Part shown: piece after piece, positions 50,401-60,000 of the stretch
How the letters are laid out: the number at the start of each line of letters is the position of its first letter
Position numbering within the stretch: position 1 is the stretch's first letter
Source of the DNA: an uncultured Acidobacteriota bacterium
GTDB taxonomy: Bacteria; Actinomycetota; Acidimicrobiia; Spongiisociales; ZC4RG35
Reading direction: 5' to 3'
Assembly (NCBI GenBank): GCA_963828465.1
Contig: CAWHEU010000002.1
Span: forward strand, 96,001 to 160,000
Length of the DNA: 64,000 bases
Notes under the pieces: model-generated
Told to the model about the DNA's origin: nothing
The model's database searches: none
What the model saw: only the letters and a program-made list of their open reading frames with translations
Translations under genes and position numbers: made by a program

Positions 50401-51987
50401 TTGAACCAAGGAGCGCACCGAGAAGAGTCACTGGACGAAGCACCCACCACCGCGACCCCGATGACCCATCGTCAGATCCTGCTGGTCCTCAGCGGGTTGA
50501 TGCTGGGTCTCTTTCTGGCAGCCCTCGACCAGACGATCGTCGCCACCGCCCTGCCCACCATCGCCGGAGAGCTGGGTGGTCTCGAGCACCTCTCCTGGGT
50601 GGTCACGGCCTATCTCCTCACTTCCACTGCTTCGGCGCCGCTCTACGGGAAGGTGTCGGACATGTACGGGCGGAAGATCGTCTTCCAGTTCGCCATCATC
50701 TCCTTCCTGATCGGTTCGGTCCTGGCCGGGATGTCCCAATCGATGACCCAGCTCATCGCATTTCGGGCCATCCAAGGGCTGGGAGCCGGTGGCTTGATCG
50801 TGATGACGTTCACCATCGTCGGGGACATCGTCTCGCCCCGGGAGCGGGGGCGGTACCAGGGGTACATCGGCGCAGTCTTCGCGTTGGCATCGATCGCCGG
50901 CCCATTGCTGGGCGGATTCTTCGTCGACAACTTCTCCTGGCGATGGGTGTTCTACATCAATCTCCCCATCGGGCTGGCCGCTCTCTTCGTCACCGCGACC
51001 GTTCTCAACCTTCCCTTCCGCCGGGTCGATCATCCGGTCGACTACCTCGGAGCCGGCCTTCTCGTAGGTGGGGTCACCTCACTTCTGCTGGTCATGGTGT
51101 GGGGTGGCTCGGAGTACCCCTGGGACTCGCCGATGATCATCGGGTTGTCGGTCGTTGCGGTGGTGCTGCTGTGTCTCTTCCTCCTCCAGGAGCGGCGCGC
51201 GACCGAGCCGATCCTCCCCCTCCGGCTGTTCCGTGACCGCACCTTTGCCATCACCTCGGCCGCCGGGTTCATCGTGGGCCTCGGCATGTTCGGCGGCATC
51301 ATCTTCCTGCCTCTGTTCCTGCAGGTCGTCATGGGGACGACGCCTACCAATTCCGGTCTCTTACTGCTGCCGCTCATGGGTGGCGTGGTGGTCTCGTCCA
51401 TCGTCTCCGGGCGGCTGATCACCCGCACCGGCCGCTACAAGATCTTCCCGATCATCGGCACATCCCTCATGGCCATCGGTCTTTGGCTTTTCTCGACCAT
51501 GAGCATCGAGACCCCATTGCTCACGGCGTCGACCTTCATGCTGATCTTCGGCACTGGCGTCGGCCTGGTCCTGCAGGTGCTGGTGATCGCGGTTCAGAAT
51601 GCAGTGGAGGCGCGCGACCTCGGGGTCGCGACCTCGTCGGCCACTTTCTTCCGGTCGTTGGGCGGGTCCTTCGGGACCGCCCTCTTTGGAGCGGTTCTCA
51701 CCAGCCAGCTGGCCATACGCCTGGCCAGTCTCCTCCCCGAGGGATCGGAGATGGGGGAGCTCACCGGGAGCCCCGATTTGATCGCCCAGCTCCCGGCAGC
51801 GACCAGGGAGGTGGTGATGGGTGCATTCTCCGGCGCGATAACCACGTCCTTCGCCATCGCCGTCCCGTTCGCCCTGGCCGCGCTGTTGCTGGTCGTATTC
51901 CTTCCTGAACTGCCTCTGCGCGACACCGCCCATGTTGGGGCGGGCGAACCCGACGCAACCGTCTCTCCGGGCACGATCGGGCACTGA
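50401..51987 (+). CDS. DHA2 (EmrB/QacA) MFS drug-resistance transporter
   Basis: LAALDQTIVATALP, GKVSDMYGRK, RAIQGLGAGG, WRWVFYINLPIG. Confidence 0.93.
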   Translation: MNQGAHREESLDEAPTTATPMTHRQILLVLSGLMLGLFLAALDQTIVATALPTIAGELGGLEHLSWVVTAYLLTSTASAPLYGKVSDMYGRKIVFQFAIISFLIGSVLAGMSQSMTQLIAFRAIQGLGAGGLIVMTFTIVGDIVSPRERGRYQGYIGAVFALASIAGPLLGGFFVDNFSWRWVFYINLPIGLAALFVTATVLNLPFRRVDHPVDYLGAGLLVGGVTSLLLVMVWGGSEYPWDSPMIIGLSVVAVVLLCLFLLQERRATEPILPLRLFRDRTFAITSAAGFIVGLGMFGGIIFLPLFLQVVMGTTPTNSGLLLLPLMGGVVVSSIVSGRLITRTGRYKIFPIIGTSLMAIGLWLFSTMSIETPLLTASTFMLIFGTGVGLVLQVLVIAVQNAVEARDLGVATSSATFFRSLGGSFGTALFGAVLTSQLAIRLASLLPEGSEMGELTGSPDLIAQLPAATREVVMGAFSGAITTSFAIAVPFALAALLLVVFLPELPLRDTAHVGAGEPDATVSPGTIGH

Positions 51988-51997
51988 CGCAGGCGGA

Positions 51998-53164
51998 TCA
52001 GCCGAGCGGGACCGAGAATCGGACCCGCCCGCCGGGGCCGGCCTCGATGGCGATGGTCCCTCCGTGAGCCTCGACGATGCCCTTGGCGATGGCAAGCCCG
52101 AGCCCCGTCCCGCCGGATTCGCGATTCCGGGAATCGTCGGCGCGGACGAACCGCTCGAACACGCTATTCACCATCTCTGTTGGGAATCCGGGGCCTTCGT
52201 CTACCACCGTGGTGACTGCATCGGACCCGTTTCGCTCGAGCAGGAGCCTCACCTCTCCTGATTCCGGGCTGTGCCGGATCGCATTGGCCAGGAGATTTCT
52301 CAGCACACGGCCGAGGGCGGCTGGGTCGCCTTGAACCGCGACGTGCCCCGGGGAATCGACGGCGAGGGCGACCCGCCGCAGCGCAGCCGAAGGGGTCACC
52401 GCCTCCACCGCCTCGTCGGCGAGCTCGGCCATGTCGACACCGATTCGCGAGAGCTCGAGACGCCCGGACTCGATCCTTGACAGGAGGAACAGGTCGTCGA
52501 TCAGGTGGCGAAGATGTTCCAGGTCGAGGGCAAGGCCGCGCAGATACGCCTGCGGGTCGGGAGCGACGCCATCCTGGAGCGCTTCGACCGCGGCCTGCAT
52601 CGACCCCATTGGTGTGCGGAGGTCGTGGCCGATCGCTGAGAGCAGGTGCCGGCGCTCGATCTCGGAGGCCTCGAGTGTGGCGATGGTCTCGTCGAGGGCG
52701 GCTGCGGCACGACCGAGCTCGTCGCTTCGGGTCACGCCGGTCCGAGCGCTGAGGTCACCTGCCCCGACCCGCTCGGCGGTCCGTGAAATCGCCTCGAGGT
52801 CGGCGGTGAGAGGGCGAGCGACCGCTCCAGCGATGACACTTCCCAGGCCGACACCCAACCCGATGGCCACGAGGACGAGTGTCAGGTCGTGGGGCTCGAT
52901 GAACATCGTCAATGCTGCAACCGCCACCGCTGCCCCGGTCACGACGACGGCGGCGTAGGCGATGACGATGAGACTGGTGCGGAGGGAGTGGAACCGGGTC
53001 GCCAGTCGCAGCGAGATCACCGCAGCCAGGAACGTCGCCAGTGCCATGACGCCAAAGATGAGATAGAGGAGTCGGCGGTCGGCCGGTGTCACATCCATGG
53101 CTAGCTCAGCGACCAGGAGCACGATCGCCACGACCAGGATCAGGGCCAGAACGGTGCGTCTCAT
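51998..53164 (-). CDS. HAMP-HisKA sensor histidine kinase
   Basis: Four TM segments, HAMP, HDLRTP, NLLANAIRH, DEGPG, GGTGLGLAI. Confidence 0.92.
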   Translation of the reverse strand: MRRTVLALILVVAIVLLVAELAMDVTPADRRLLYLIFGVMALATFLAAVISLRLATRFHSLRTSLIVIAYAAVVVTGAAVAVAALTMFIEPHDLTLVLVAIGLGVGLGSVIAGAVARPLTADLEAISRTAERVGAGDLSARTGVTRSDELGRAAAALDETIATLEASEIERRHLLSAIGHDLRTPMGSMQAAVEALQDGVAPDPQAYLRGLALDLEHLRHLIDDLFLLSRIESGRLELSRIGVDMAELADEAVEAVTPSAALRRVALAVDSPGHVAVQGDPAALGRVLRNLLANAIRHSPESGEVRLLLERNGSDAVTTVVDEGPGFPTEMVNSVFERFVRADDSRNRESGGTGLGLAIAKGIVEAHGGTIAIEAGPGGRVRFSVPLG

Positions 53165-53859
53165 GAACCGAGCCGATATCCGACGCCCCACACGGTCTGA
53201 ATCCAGCGTGGATCCTGCGAGTCCGCTTCGATCTTCTGGCGAATACGGCGGACGTGGACCGTGACGGTCGCCGGGTCCTGCCATTCGGGTGAGGAGCCCC
53301 AGACCTGGCCGAGCAGATCGCCTCGGCTGAATACCTGGAGAGGGTGGGCGACGAGGAAGGCAAGCAGGTCGAACTCCTTCGCGGTGAGCTCAACTCGCTC
53401 TTCCTCGACGATGGCGACCCGTCGCGTCGTGTCTATGACGATCCCGTCGTACTCGTATGGGTCGGAGAGCGGTTTGGTCGTCGATCGGCGAAGAACCGTG
53501 CGGACACGGGCCACGAGCTCCCTGGGGGAGAAGGGCTTCACCACATAGTCGTCGGCGCCGAGCTCCAAACCGGCCACCCGATCCGACTCCTCGGCCCGTG
53601 CTGTGAGGAGGATCACCGGGAGGTCGCCATCGCGTCTGATGTCGTTCAGCACGTCGAAGCCGGACACGGCTGGGAGCATCAAGTCGAGCACGACCAGATC
53701 CGGCTTGAACTCGGTCAGGCCCCTTCGGGCGGTCTCGCCGTCCACCGCGGTCTCGACCTGGTACCCGTCGCGACGGAGGTAGGTCGCCACGACCTCCAAG
53801 ATCCTGGGCTCGTCGTCGACGATGAGGATCCGCTGTCCGTTGGGATTTTGGAGTGCCAC
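53161..53859 (-). CDS. OmpR family response regulator
   Basis: LIVDDE, LDLMLP, GADDYVVKPFS, TVTVHVRRIRQKIE, TVWGVGY. Confidence 0.95.
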   Translation of the reverse strand: MALQNPNGQRILIVDDEPRILEVVATYLRRDGYQVETAVDGETARRGLTEFKPDLVVLDLMLPAVSGFDVLNDIRRDGDLPVILLTARAEESDRVAGLELGADDYVVKPFSPRELVARVRTVLRRSTTKPLSDPYEYDGIVIDTTRRVAIVEEERVELTAKEFDLLAFLVAHPLQVFSRGDLLGQVWGSSPEWQDPATVTVHVRRIRQKIEADSQDPRWIQTVWGVGYRLGS

Positions 53860-53955
53860 TCCGGTGAGATGGTACGGGGCAGCTCCCGAAATGGTCCTGG
53901 GCCTGCTCTTCCGTTTAGGAAGATTTCATCTTTCCGCGGCTGCGATTTCGGATCG

Positions 53956-53977
53956 CTCAACAAACCCTTAACAGACG
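53956..53977 (+). promoter_or_regulatory. Tandem direct repeat with 11-bp period (OmpR-type site)
   Basis: CTCAACAAACC CTTAACAGACG between the regulator and fasciclin genes. Confidence 0.5.
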
Positions 53978-54046
53978 GTGAAACGGGGCATGCTCGCCCC
54001 AAACCAGACGTACGTTGCTCGGGTCGACCCGACCAAGGAGGCTCGA

Positions 54047-54625
54047 ATGAAATACCGCTCTGCCTTACTGATCGTCCTCGGCGTCTTCATCGCCGCATGC
54101 GGAGAGGATGCCGCAACTGAGACGACTGCCGAGATGATGGATGACACACCGACCACTGCCGAGATGATGGAAGACAACGCGACGACGGCCGACATGATGG
54201 ACGAGGACGTCCTCGCCGTTGCCGCCGCCGAAGGCGATCTCGACACGTTCCTCGGCGCCCTCGAGGCCGCCGGCATCATGGAGGACTTTCACGGCGAGGG
54301 GCCGTTCACCCTGTTCATTCCAACCGACGACGCCTTTTCCGCCTATCTGGAGGAGTCCGGGATGAACGAGGAAGAGGTGTTGGCCGGCGGCGAGATGCTT
54401 CAGTCGGTCCTCGGCTATCACGTGGTCACGATGATGGAAGACTCCGAGATGGTGATGGGCATGGACGATCAGACGTTCACGACGCTCAACGGCGCCCCAC
54501 TGGATGTCACCGTCGACGGCGAGACAGTGATGGTGGGAGATGCCACCATCGTCCGGTATGACCTCTCGGCCTCGAACGGAGTGATCCACGTCATCGACAC
54601 CGTTCTCATCCCGCCAGAGGCTTGA
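54047..54625 (+). CDS. Methionine-rich fasciclin (FAS1) lipoprotein
   Basis: Lipobox IAAC; TTAEMM repeats; GPFTLFIPTDDAF, LGYHVV, ASNGVIHVIDTVL. Confidence 0.92.
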   Translation: MKYRSALLIVLGVFIAACGEDAATETTAEMMDDTPTTAEMMEDNATTADMMDEDVLAVAAAEGDLDTFLGALEAAGIMEDFHGEGPFTLFIPTDDAFSAYLEESGMNEEEVLAGGEMLQSVLGYHVVTMMEDSEMVMGMDDQTFTTLNGAPLDVTVDGETVMVGDATIVRYDLSASNGVIHVIDTVLIPPEA

Positions 54626-55185
54626 TGGATCGACGGCGCTGGCTCACGATCGGGTTGGTGGCGGCCCTGGCCGTGGTTGCGTTCCTGCTGTTCCGGCCCG
54701 ACACCCTGGTCACCGAGGTGGTGGCAGCAGACCCGCTGGAGGAGGCCTTTCCCACGACAACGTCGACGATGGACGAAGAGACGACGACCACAGCGACACT
54801 GACGACGATCGCCAAAACGACCCTCGCGACGTCGACGACCACGATGCCGGTCGGGCCGGTGCAGCTCGCATCAGGTCAGTTCGTCGGCATCGAGCACCGC
54901 GCCGCCGGGACTGCCTCCGTCTATGAGCAAGATGGTCGGCACGTGCTCCGATTCGAGGACGACACCGACATCCAGAACGGTCCGGACCTCTATGTCTGGG
55001 TGTTGCCGGCCGCGTCCTACGAGGGCGGAGCCCCCGAGGAGTACATCGACCTCGGGTTCCTGCAAGGGACTGTTGGCGGGCAGAACTACGACCTGCCCGA
55101 CGAGTTCGACCCCGACGTCCACCGAACTGTCCTCATCTGGTGTCTTCGCTTTGCCGTGCCGTTCGCAACCGTGCCGCTCAGCTGA
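54622..55185 (+). CDS. DM13 domain protein
   Basis: N-terminal TM, H.A.G.A, NGPDLYV, DLG.L.G..G.QNY.LP, VLIWC.RF.V.F. Confidence 0.9.
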   Translation: MMDRRRWLTIGLVAALAVVAFLLFRPDTLVTEVVAADPLEEAFPTTTSTMDEETTTTATLTTIAKTTLATSTTTMPVGPVQLASGQFVGIEHRAAGTASVYEQDGRHVLRFEDDTDIQNGPDLYVWVLPAASYEGGAPEEYIDLGFLQGTVGGQNYDLPDEFDPDVHRTVLIWCLRFAVPFATVPLS

Positions 55186-55202
55186 GCCTGCGGCCTAGAG
55201 AA

Positions 55203-55553
55203 TCAGTCGTCGCTCCAGTCGAAGACCGGCTCGGGTGGAGCCACGTGTGCCGGTCCCTGGAGCAGATCTAGCCCATTGACGTCCTCGACGAACTCCAGCC
55301 ACCATCGGTCGTAGACCGAGCTCGGGTCCCATTCACGAAGACGCATACGACTCAGGCCGGCGGGGGAGATGTCGTACACGCTCACCCCGAGGTCGGTCTC
55401 ATGGCCATGGTTGATCCAATAGGCGTGACCCTTCACCTCGAATCGTCGATTGAGGTCCTGGTATTCCTCGAGGTGTGGCGTCAACTCGGTGGCGAGATCG
55501 CGATACCGATCCGTCTTGCCCGGTCGTAGGGGAACTGCGCTGGCGAACAGCAT
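55203..55553 (-). CDS. Hypothetical protein, probable dimeric alpha-beta barrel
   Basis: RBS AAGGA; MLFASAVPLRPGK...YDRWW.EFV..VNGLDL. Confidence 0.6.
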   Translation of the reverse strand: MLFASAVPLRPGKTDRYRDLATELTPHLEEYQDLNRRFEVKGHAYWINHGHETDLGVSVYDISPAGLSRMRLREWDPSSVYDRWWLEFVEDVNGLDLLQGPAHVAPPEPVFDWSDD

Positions 55554-55645
55554 GCTCGTGTCCTTTCGTGGGAGGCGAATGTTGCCACTGCGATCGATCC
55601 CGGTTGATACTGAATCCAGGAGGTCTGGAGACCGATATACGGTCC

Positions 55646-56737
55646 ATGCCTGTGCGAATCCTGTCTTTGGCGCGCCTGACTGCATTGTTGGCCGTCGTCC
55701 TCGTGGCGTCCTGCTCGGCTGCCTCGCCGGAGACGACAGTGGGCAACTCGACCACGAGCGCATCACCGGCGTCGTCGTCCTCGACCAGACCCACCTCGAC
55801 GACGACGACGAGCACCACGACTCTTCCCGGGTCGACCACGACTGAAGTGTCCACGACGACGACCGTCGCTGCCATCGCAACCACCACCACCACGACCACC
55901 ACCGTCATCGCTCCGCCCGTAGACGACCCCCTGTACTCGCCACCGGCGACCGGCCTCTCCGGCGACCCCTCAGCCGCGATGCCGCCGGGCGCCGAGGACG
56001 TGACGGTGGCTTCGATAACAGACGGCGATACCCTCGATGTCCGGGCCGATGACGGGTCGGTCTTCGAGGTCAGGATCATCGGGACCAATACACCCGAGAG
56101 GGGTGAGTGCTTCGCGGACGAGGCCACGCGGGTTCTCGCTGCGTTGGCCCCGCCGGGCTCGAGGATCGGCATGACGAGCGATGTGTCTGACATCGACCAG
56201 TTCGATCGACTTCTGCGCTACTTGTGGGTCGGGGCCATGTCGATCAACGAGGAGACAGTTCGCCGCGGGGCCGCCCTCTCGAGGAGCTATCCCCCTGACA
56301 CGGCGATGACCGAACGGTTCGATGATGCCCAGGCCGCAGCCAAGGAGGCGGGGCTCGGCCTGTGGTCGCCTACGGCGTGCGGCCCACGTGCCGAGGCCAC
56401 GCTGGGCATCGTCGAGGTGATGTCCGACGCCCCGGGGAACGACAACGAGAATCTCAACGGGGAGTGGGTCGCGATCCGGAACGAGGGAGAGACCTCGGTC
56501 GATCTCACCGGCTGGGGGATCAAGGACGAGTCGGCCAGCCACCGGTACGAGTTCCCGGTGTCATTCACCCTTCTTCCCGGGGAGACGGTCACCGTGAGGA
56601 CCGGCTGCGGCGCCGATTTCGACACCGATCTGTATTGGTGCAACCAGGGATCAGCTGTCTGGAACAACGGCGGCGACACCGCCTTCCTCCTCGATCCCAG
56701 CGGCAACACCCACGTCGCTTACGCCTATTCGGGGTGA
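55646..56737 (+). CDS. Thermonuclease (SNase) plus lamin-tail-domain lipoprotein
   Basis: Lipobox VASC, Thr-rich linker, DGDT, RIIGTNTPE, DQFDRLLRY; LTD EWV.IRN....VDLTGW.IKD, VWNNGGD. Confidence 0.88.
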   Translation: MPVRILSLARLTALLAVVLVASCSAASPETTVGNSTTSASPASSSSTRPTSTTTTSTTTLPGSTTTEVSTTTTVAAIATTTTTTTTVIAPPVDDPLYSPPATGLSGDPSAAMPPGAEDVTVASITDGDTLDVRADDGSVFEVRIIGTNTPERGECFADEATRVLAALAPPGSRIGMTSDVSDIDQFDRLLRYLWVGAMSINEETVRRGAALSRSYPPDTAMTERFDDAQAAAKEAGLGLWSPTACGPRAEATLGIVEVMSDAPGNDNENLNGEWVAIRNEGETSVDLTGWGIKDESASHRYEFPVSFTLLPGETVTVRTGCGADFDTDLYWCNQGSAVWNNGGDTAFLLDPSGNTHVAYAYSG

Positions 56738-56763
56738 TCGCAGCAGGCGACCAAACTGCACCG

Positions 56764-57988
56764 ATGCAGGAGACCGCCTCCGTCCGTAAACGTCTGTCCG
56801 CCGTCTTGTTCGGTGGTGTCGCTCTCGGCTCAACGGCCTACATCGCGGCGGTGACCATCGCCACCCTGGCCGTTGACGAGATCACCGGATCTGCCGCATT
56901 GGCCGGTGTGCCCGGGGCAACGGCCACCCTAGGGACCGCGGTGGGGACCAGCCTCCTGACCCGAAATGTGGCGCGTCGCGGTCGTCGCCCGGGCTTGGCT
57001 ACGGGTTATGCCGCCGCGGTGGTCGGCAGTGGGTTGAGCATCCTGGGGCTGACCATTGATTCGCTTCCTCTGCTCCTGGTCGGGATGGCGCTCCTCGGCC
57101 TCGGAAACGCATCTGGCCACCTGGCCCGGTATGCCGCGGCCGAGATGTTCCCTGAGGATCGCAGGGGCCGGGCCCTGGGCAGGGTGGTCTGGGCCGGAAC
57201 CATAGGATCGGTCCTCGGCCCAGCGCTGCTCCAGCCCTCCGGTCGGCTCGCGGTCGACCTCGGCCGGTCGGAGCTGGCGGGTGGTTTCCTGGTGAGCTTC
57301 GTGTTCATGGGGATCGCCTTGGTCCTCTACCTCGTGGGCTTGCGGCCCGACCCGGCCACCCTCGCCATCGATCGGACTGGAACCGACCGACGCACCGCCC
57401 GTTGGCTTGGGGCCGGCGTTTCGCCTGCCGGTGGTTCGTGTCGCGCTGATCGCCATGACCGCCGGCCAGGTGGTGATGGTGATGATCATGACCTCCACCC
57501 CCCTCCACATCCACCATCACGGCTCCGACCTGGGGATCGTCGGTCTGGTGATGAGCGCCCACACCCTGGGCATGTTCGCCCTGTCGCCGCTCACCGGGAG
57601 GCTCACCGATCGATGGGGCGGGTATCGGGTGATCATGTGGGGCATGGCCCTTCTCGGGCTCTCGGCGTTGGTGGCGGCCTATGGCCCCAACGACTCCACG
57701 ACTCTGCTGGTGGTCGTTCTGTTCGCCCTCGGCTACGGCTGGAATCTGGCGTTCGTCGCCGGCAGCTCCATGCTCACGATCGGCGTGGGCAGCGACATCC
57801 GGAGCCGTCTCCAGGGGAGGGTCGACTCGCTCACCTGGACCGCTGGAGCCCTGGCCAGCCTCTCTTCTGGGGTGATCTATCAGGCCAGCGACTACCGGGC
57901 CATCAGCCTGATCGGGCTATTGCTCCTGGTCGTCCCGGTGGTGTTCATGTTCCGCCATCGGCGTGCTCCGTTGGCGGTCGGAACATGA
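56764..57988 (+). CDS. MFS transporter (frameshift ~57390-57405)
   Basis: RRGRRPGL, ARYAAAE, WAGTIGSVLGP; shifted frame MVMIMTSTPL, HTLGMF..SPLTG.L.DR.G, GYGWN. Confidence 0.85.
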
Positions 57989-58000
57989 GCCAGGGGACGA

Positions 58001-59083
58001 TCAAGTCTCGGTTCGCAGTGGCCGCGGAGCATCGGAACTTGGGTCGAACAAGACCTTGATCTGGGGTGACTCCCCTTTGGCCATCGGGATCAGCCCTACT
58101 TCCAGGACTTGTTCCAGGGGGTAGACCGTCGGTGCCACCTCTGCCCACGCCCCCGGGTCGGCTGCGATCAGGTCAACCGCCCCGGGGAAGTCCTGGGCGA
58201 AGACATGGGCCTGGGTACCGATGATCTCCAGCTCGTCGAGGGCGACCTCCCTGAAGTCGACGGCCACGGGCTCGGGCTGGTGACCCACGACCACTACCCG
58301 GCCGCCGTCGGCTACGAGCCGAAGGGCGCGGAGAAGCGAGTCGGGACGACCGGTGCATTCGAATACGACGCTCGCCTTGTCATCGTTCAGTAGCTCGTCC
58401 GGCCCGGGTGCTGATACGTCGAGGGTCGAAGCCGCACCGAGACGTGCGGCGGTGTCCAGTCTCGCTGGGTCGAGGTCGACGGCCGTCACCGTCGCCCCTG
58501 CGCCTGCAGCCGCGTGCACGATGAAGCTGCCAATGCCACCCGCCCCCAGCACCGTCACCAGGTCACCCTCGACCACCTGCCCCCGACGGGTGGCATGCAA
58601 TGCGATGGACATCGGCTGGGTCATGGCGGCGAGGTCAGGCGTGATGGCGGAGTTCGAGAGATTGAAGGTGCAAGAGGCGGGGACAACCGCTGCTTCCGCC
58701 AGGCCACCGTTGGAGTGGAGGCCGACCGTCCAATACTCCTGACAGAGGTTGGTATGTCCAGTCCTACATGGTGGGCAGGTGCCGCACGAGACGCCCGCCC
58801 CCACTGCGACCAGGTCCCCCTCGGAGAACCCGGTGACTCCTTCGCCCACTCCGGTCACCCAGCCCGAGAACTCGTGACCGGGGATGGTGGGGCCGGAGTG
58901 GCGACTGTGAGGATGAGCCGTGTCGACGGGGTGAAAGCGTGGGCCATGCACGAACTCTCCCGCATCGGTGCCGCATATGCCGACGGTGGCGACGCGCAGT
59001 TGCAGCTCGCCCGGTCCCGGAGCAGGGACCGGTAACTCTTCGAGCCGGACATCGCCCGCCCCGTGATACCTGACTGCCCTCAC
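58001..59083 (-). CDS. Zinc-dependent dehydrogenase (2,3-butanediol dehydrogenase-like)
   Basis: GICGTD.GE, GHEFSG, CGTCPPC..G.TNLC, GAGGIG. Confidence 0.88.
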   Translation of the reverse strand: MRAVRYHGAGDVRLEELPVPAPGPGELQLRVATVGICGTDAGEFVHGPRFHPVDTAHPHSRHSGPTIPGHEFSGWVTGVGEGVTGFSEGDLVAVGAGVSCGTCPPCRTGHTNLCQEYWTVGLHSNGGLAEAAVVPASCTFNLSNSAITPDLAAMTQPMSIALHATRRGQVVEGDLVTVLGAGGIGSFIVHAAAGAGATVTAVDLDPARLDTAARLGAASTLDVSAPGPDELLNDDKASVVFECTGRPDSLLRALRLVADGGRVVVVGHQPEPVAVDFREVALDELEIIGTQAHVFAQDFPGAVDLIAADPGAWAEVAPTVYPLEQVLEVGLIPMAKGESPQIKVLFDPSSDAPRPLRTET

Positions 59084-59125
59084 ACCCGCCTTTCGACACG
59101 TGGATCGTGGTGCATACTGTGCCGC

Positions 59126-59998
59126 ATGTCCACCTCACCTCCAGCCAGGGTCGGGTTCGCGGGTCTGGGTCGAATGGGCTCACGGATAGCCGCCAACGTC
59201 GCCAAGGCCGGTCATGACATGACAGTGTGGAATCGCACCACAGCGGCGGCAGAAGAATGGGCTGGGGAGAACGGAGGCGTTGTGGCCGGGACCCTCTCGG
59301 ACCTGGCCGGAAGTGAGTTCATCATCACGATGCTGGCCGATGGCGACGCCCTCGAAGAGGTGTATGCCGACCTCGCCGGGAGTCTCGGTCCAGAGACAGT
59401 TGCAATCGATATGGGCACGTCGGGTCCAGAGAGCTTCGAGAAGGCCCGGGCCTTGGTGGAGGCCCGGGGAGCGACCATGGTGGATGCCCCGGTATCAGGA
59501 GCGACAGCGGCCGCCGAGGCAGCCTCGCTGCTGGTGATGGTGGGTGCCTCCGACGAGGTCTACCAACGCGTCGAGCCGATCCTCCAATCGGTGGGCAATC
59601 CCGTGCAGGTCGGGCCAACAGGGTCCGCCGCCGTGCTCAAGCTGGCGGTCAATTCGGTTCTTTATGGCCTGAATCAGGCCGTGGCCGAGGCGGTGGCTTT
59701 GGCGGAGAAATCGGGAGTGGAGCCGGAGACCACTATCGACATCCTGGCCAAGGGTGCCGCCGGAGCGCCGATGCTCACCTATCGCCGGGAGCAGTATCTC
59801 CATCCCGACCAGGCTCCGATCACGTTCACAATCGATCTGGCACGGAAGGACCTGACCCTCGCGCTGGAGCAGGCCCGGCGCACCGGGGCACCAACCGGTC
59901 AGCTGGAGCGAACGATGGAGCTGATGGAGGCCTTGATTGAACAGGGCTTTGGTTCCCAGGACATGGGCTACGTGGTCGAGGCCAGCCGCCGAGCCTGA
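59126..59998 (+). CDS. Beta-hydroxyacid dehydrogenase (3-hydroxyisobutyrate dehydrogenase family)
   Basis: GLGRMG, VWNRT, DAPVSG, KLAVN, KDL. Confidence 0.9.
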   Translation: MSTSPPARVGFAGLGRMGSRIAANVAKAGHDMTVWNRTTAAAEEWAGENGGVVAGTLSDLAGSEFIITMLADGDALEEVYADLAGSLGPETVAIDMGTSGPESFEKARALVEARGATMVDAPVSGATAAAEAASLLVMVGASDEVYQRVEPILQSVGNPVQVGPTGSAAVLKLAVNSVLYGLNQAVAEAVALAEKSGVEPETTIDILAKGAAGAPMLTYRREQYLHPDQAPITFTIDLARKDLTLALEQARRTGAPTGQLERTMELMEALIEQGFGSQDMGYVVEASRRA

Positions 59999-60000
59999 GC

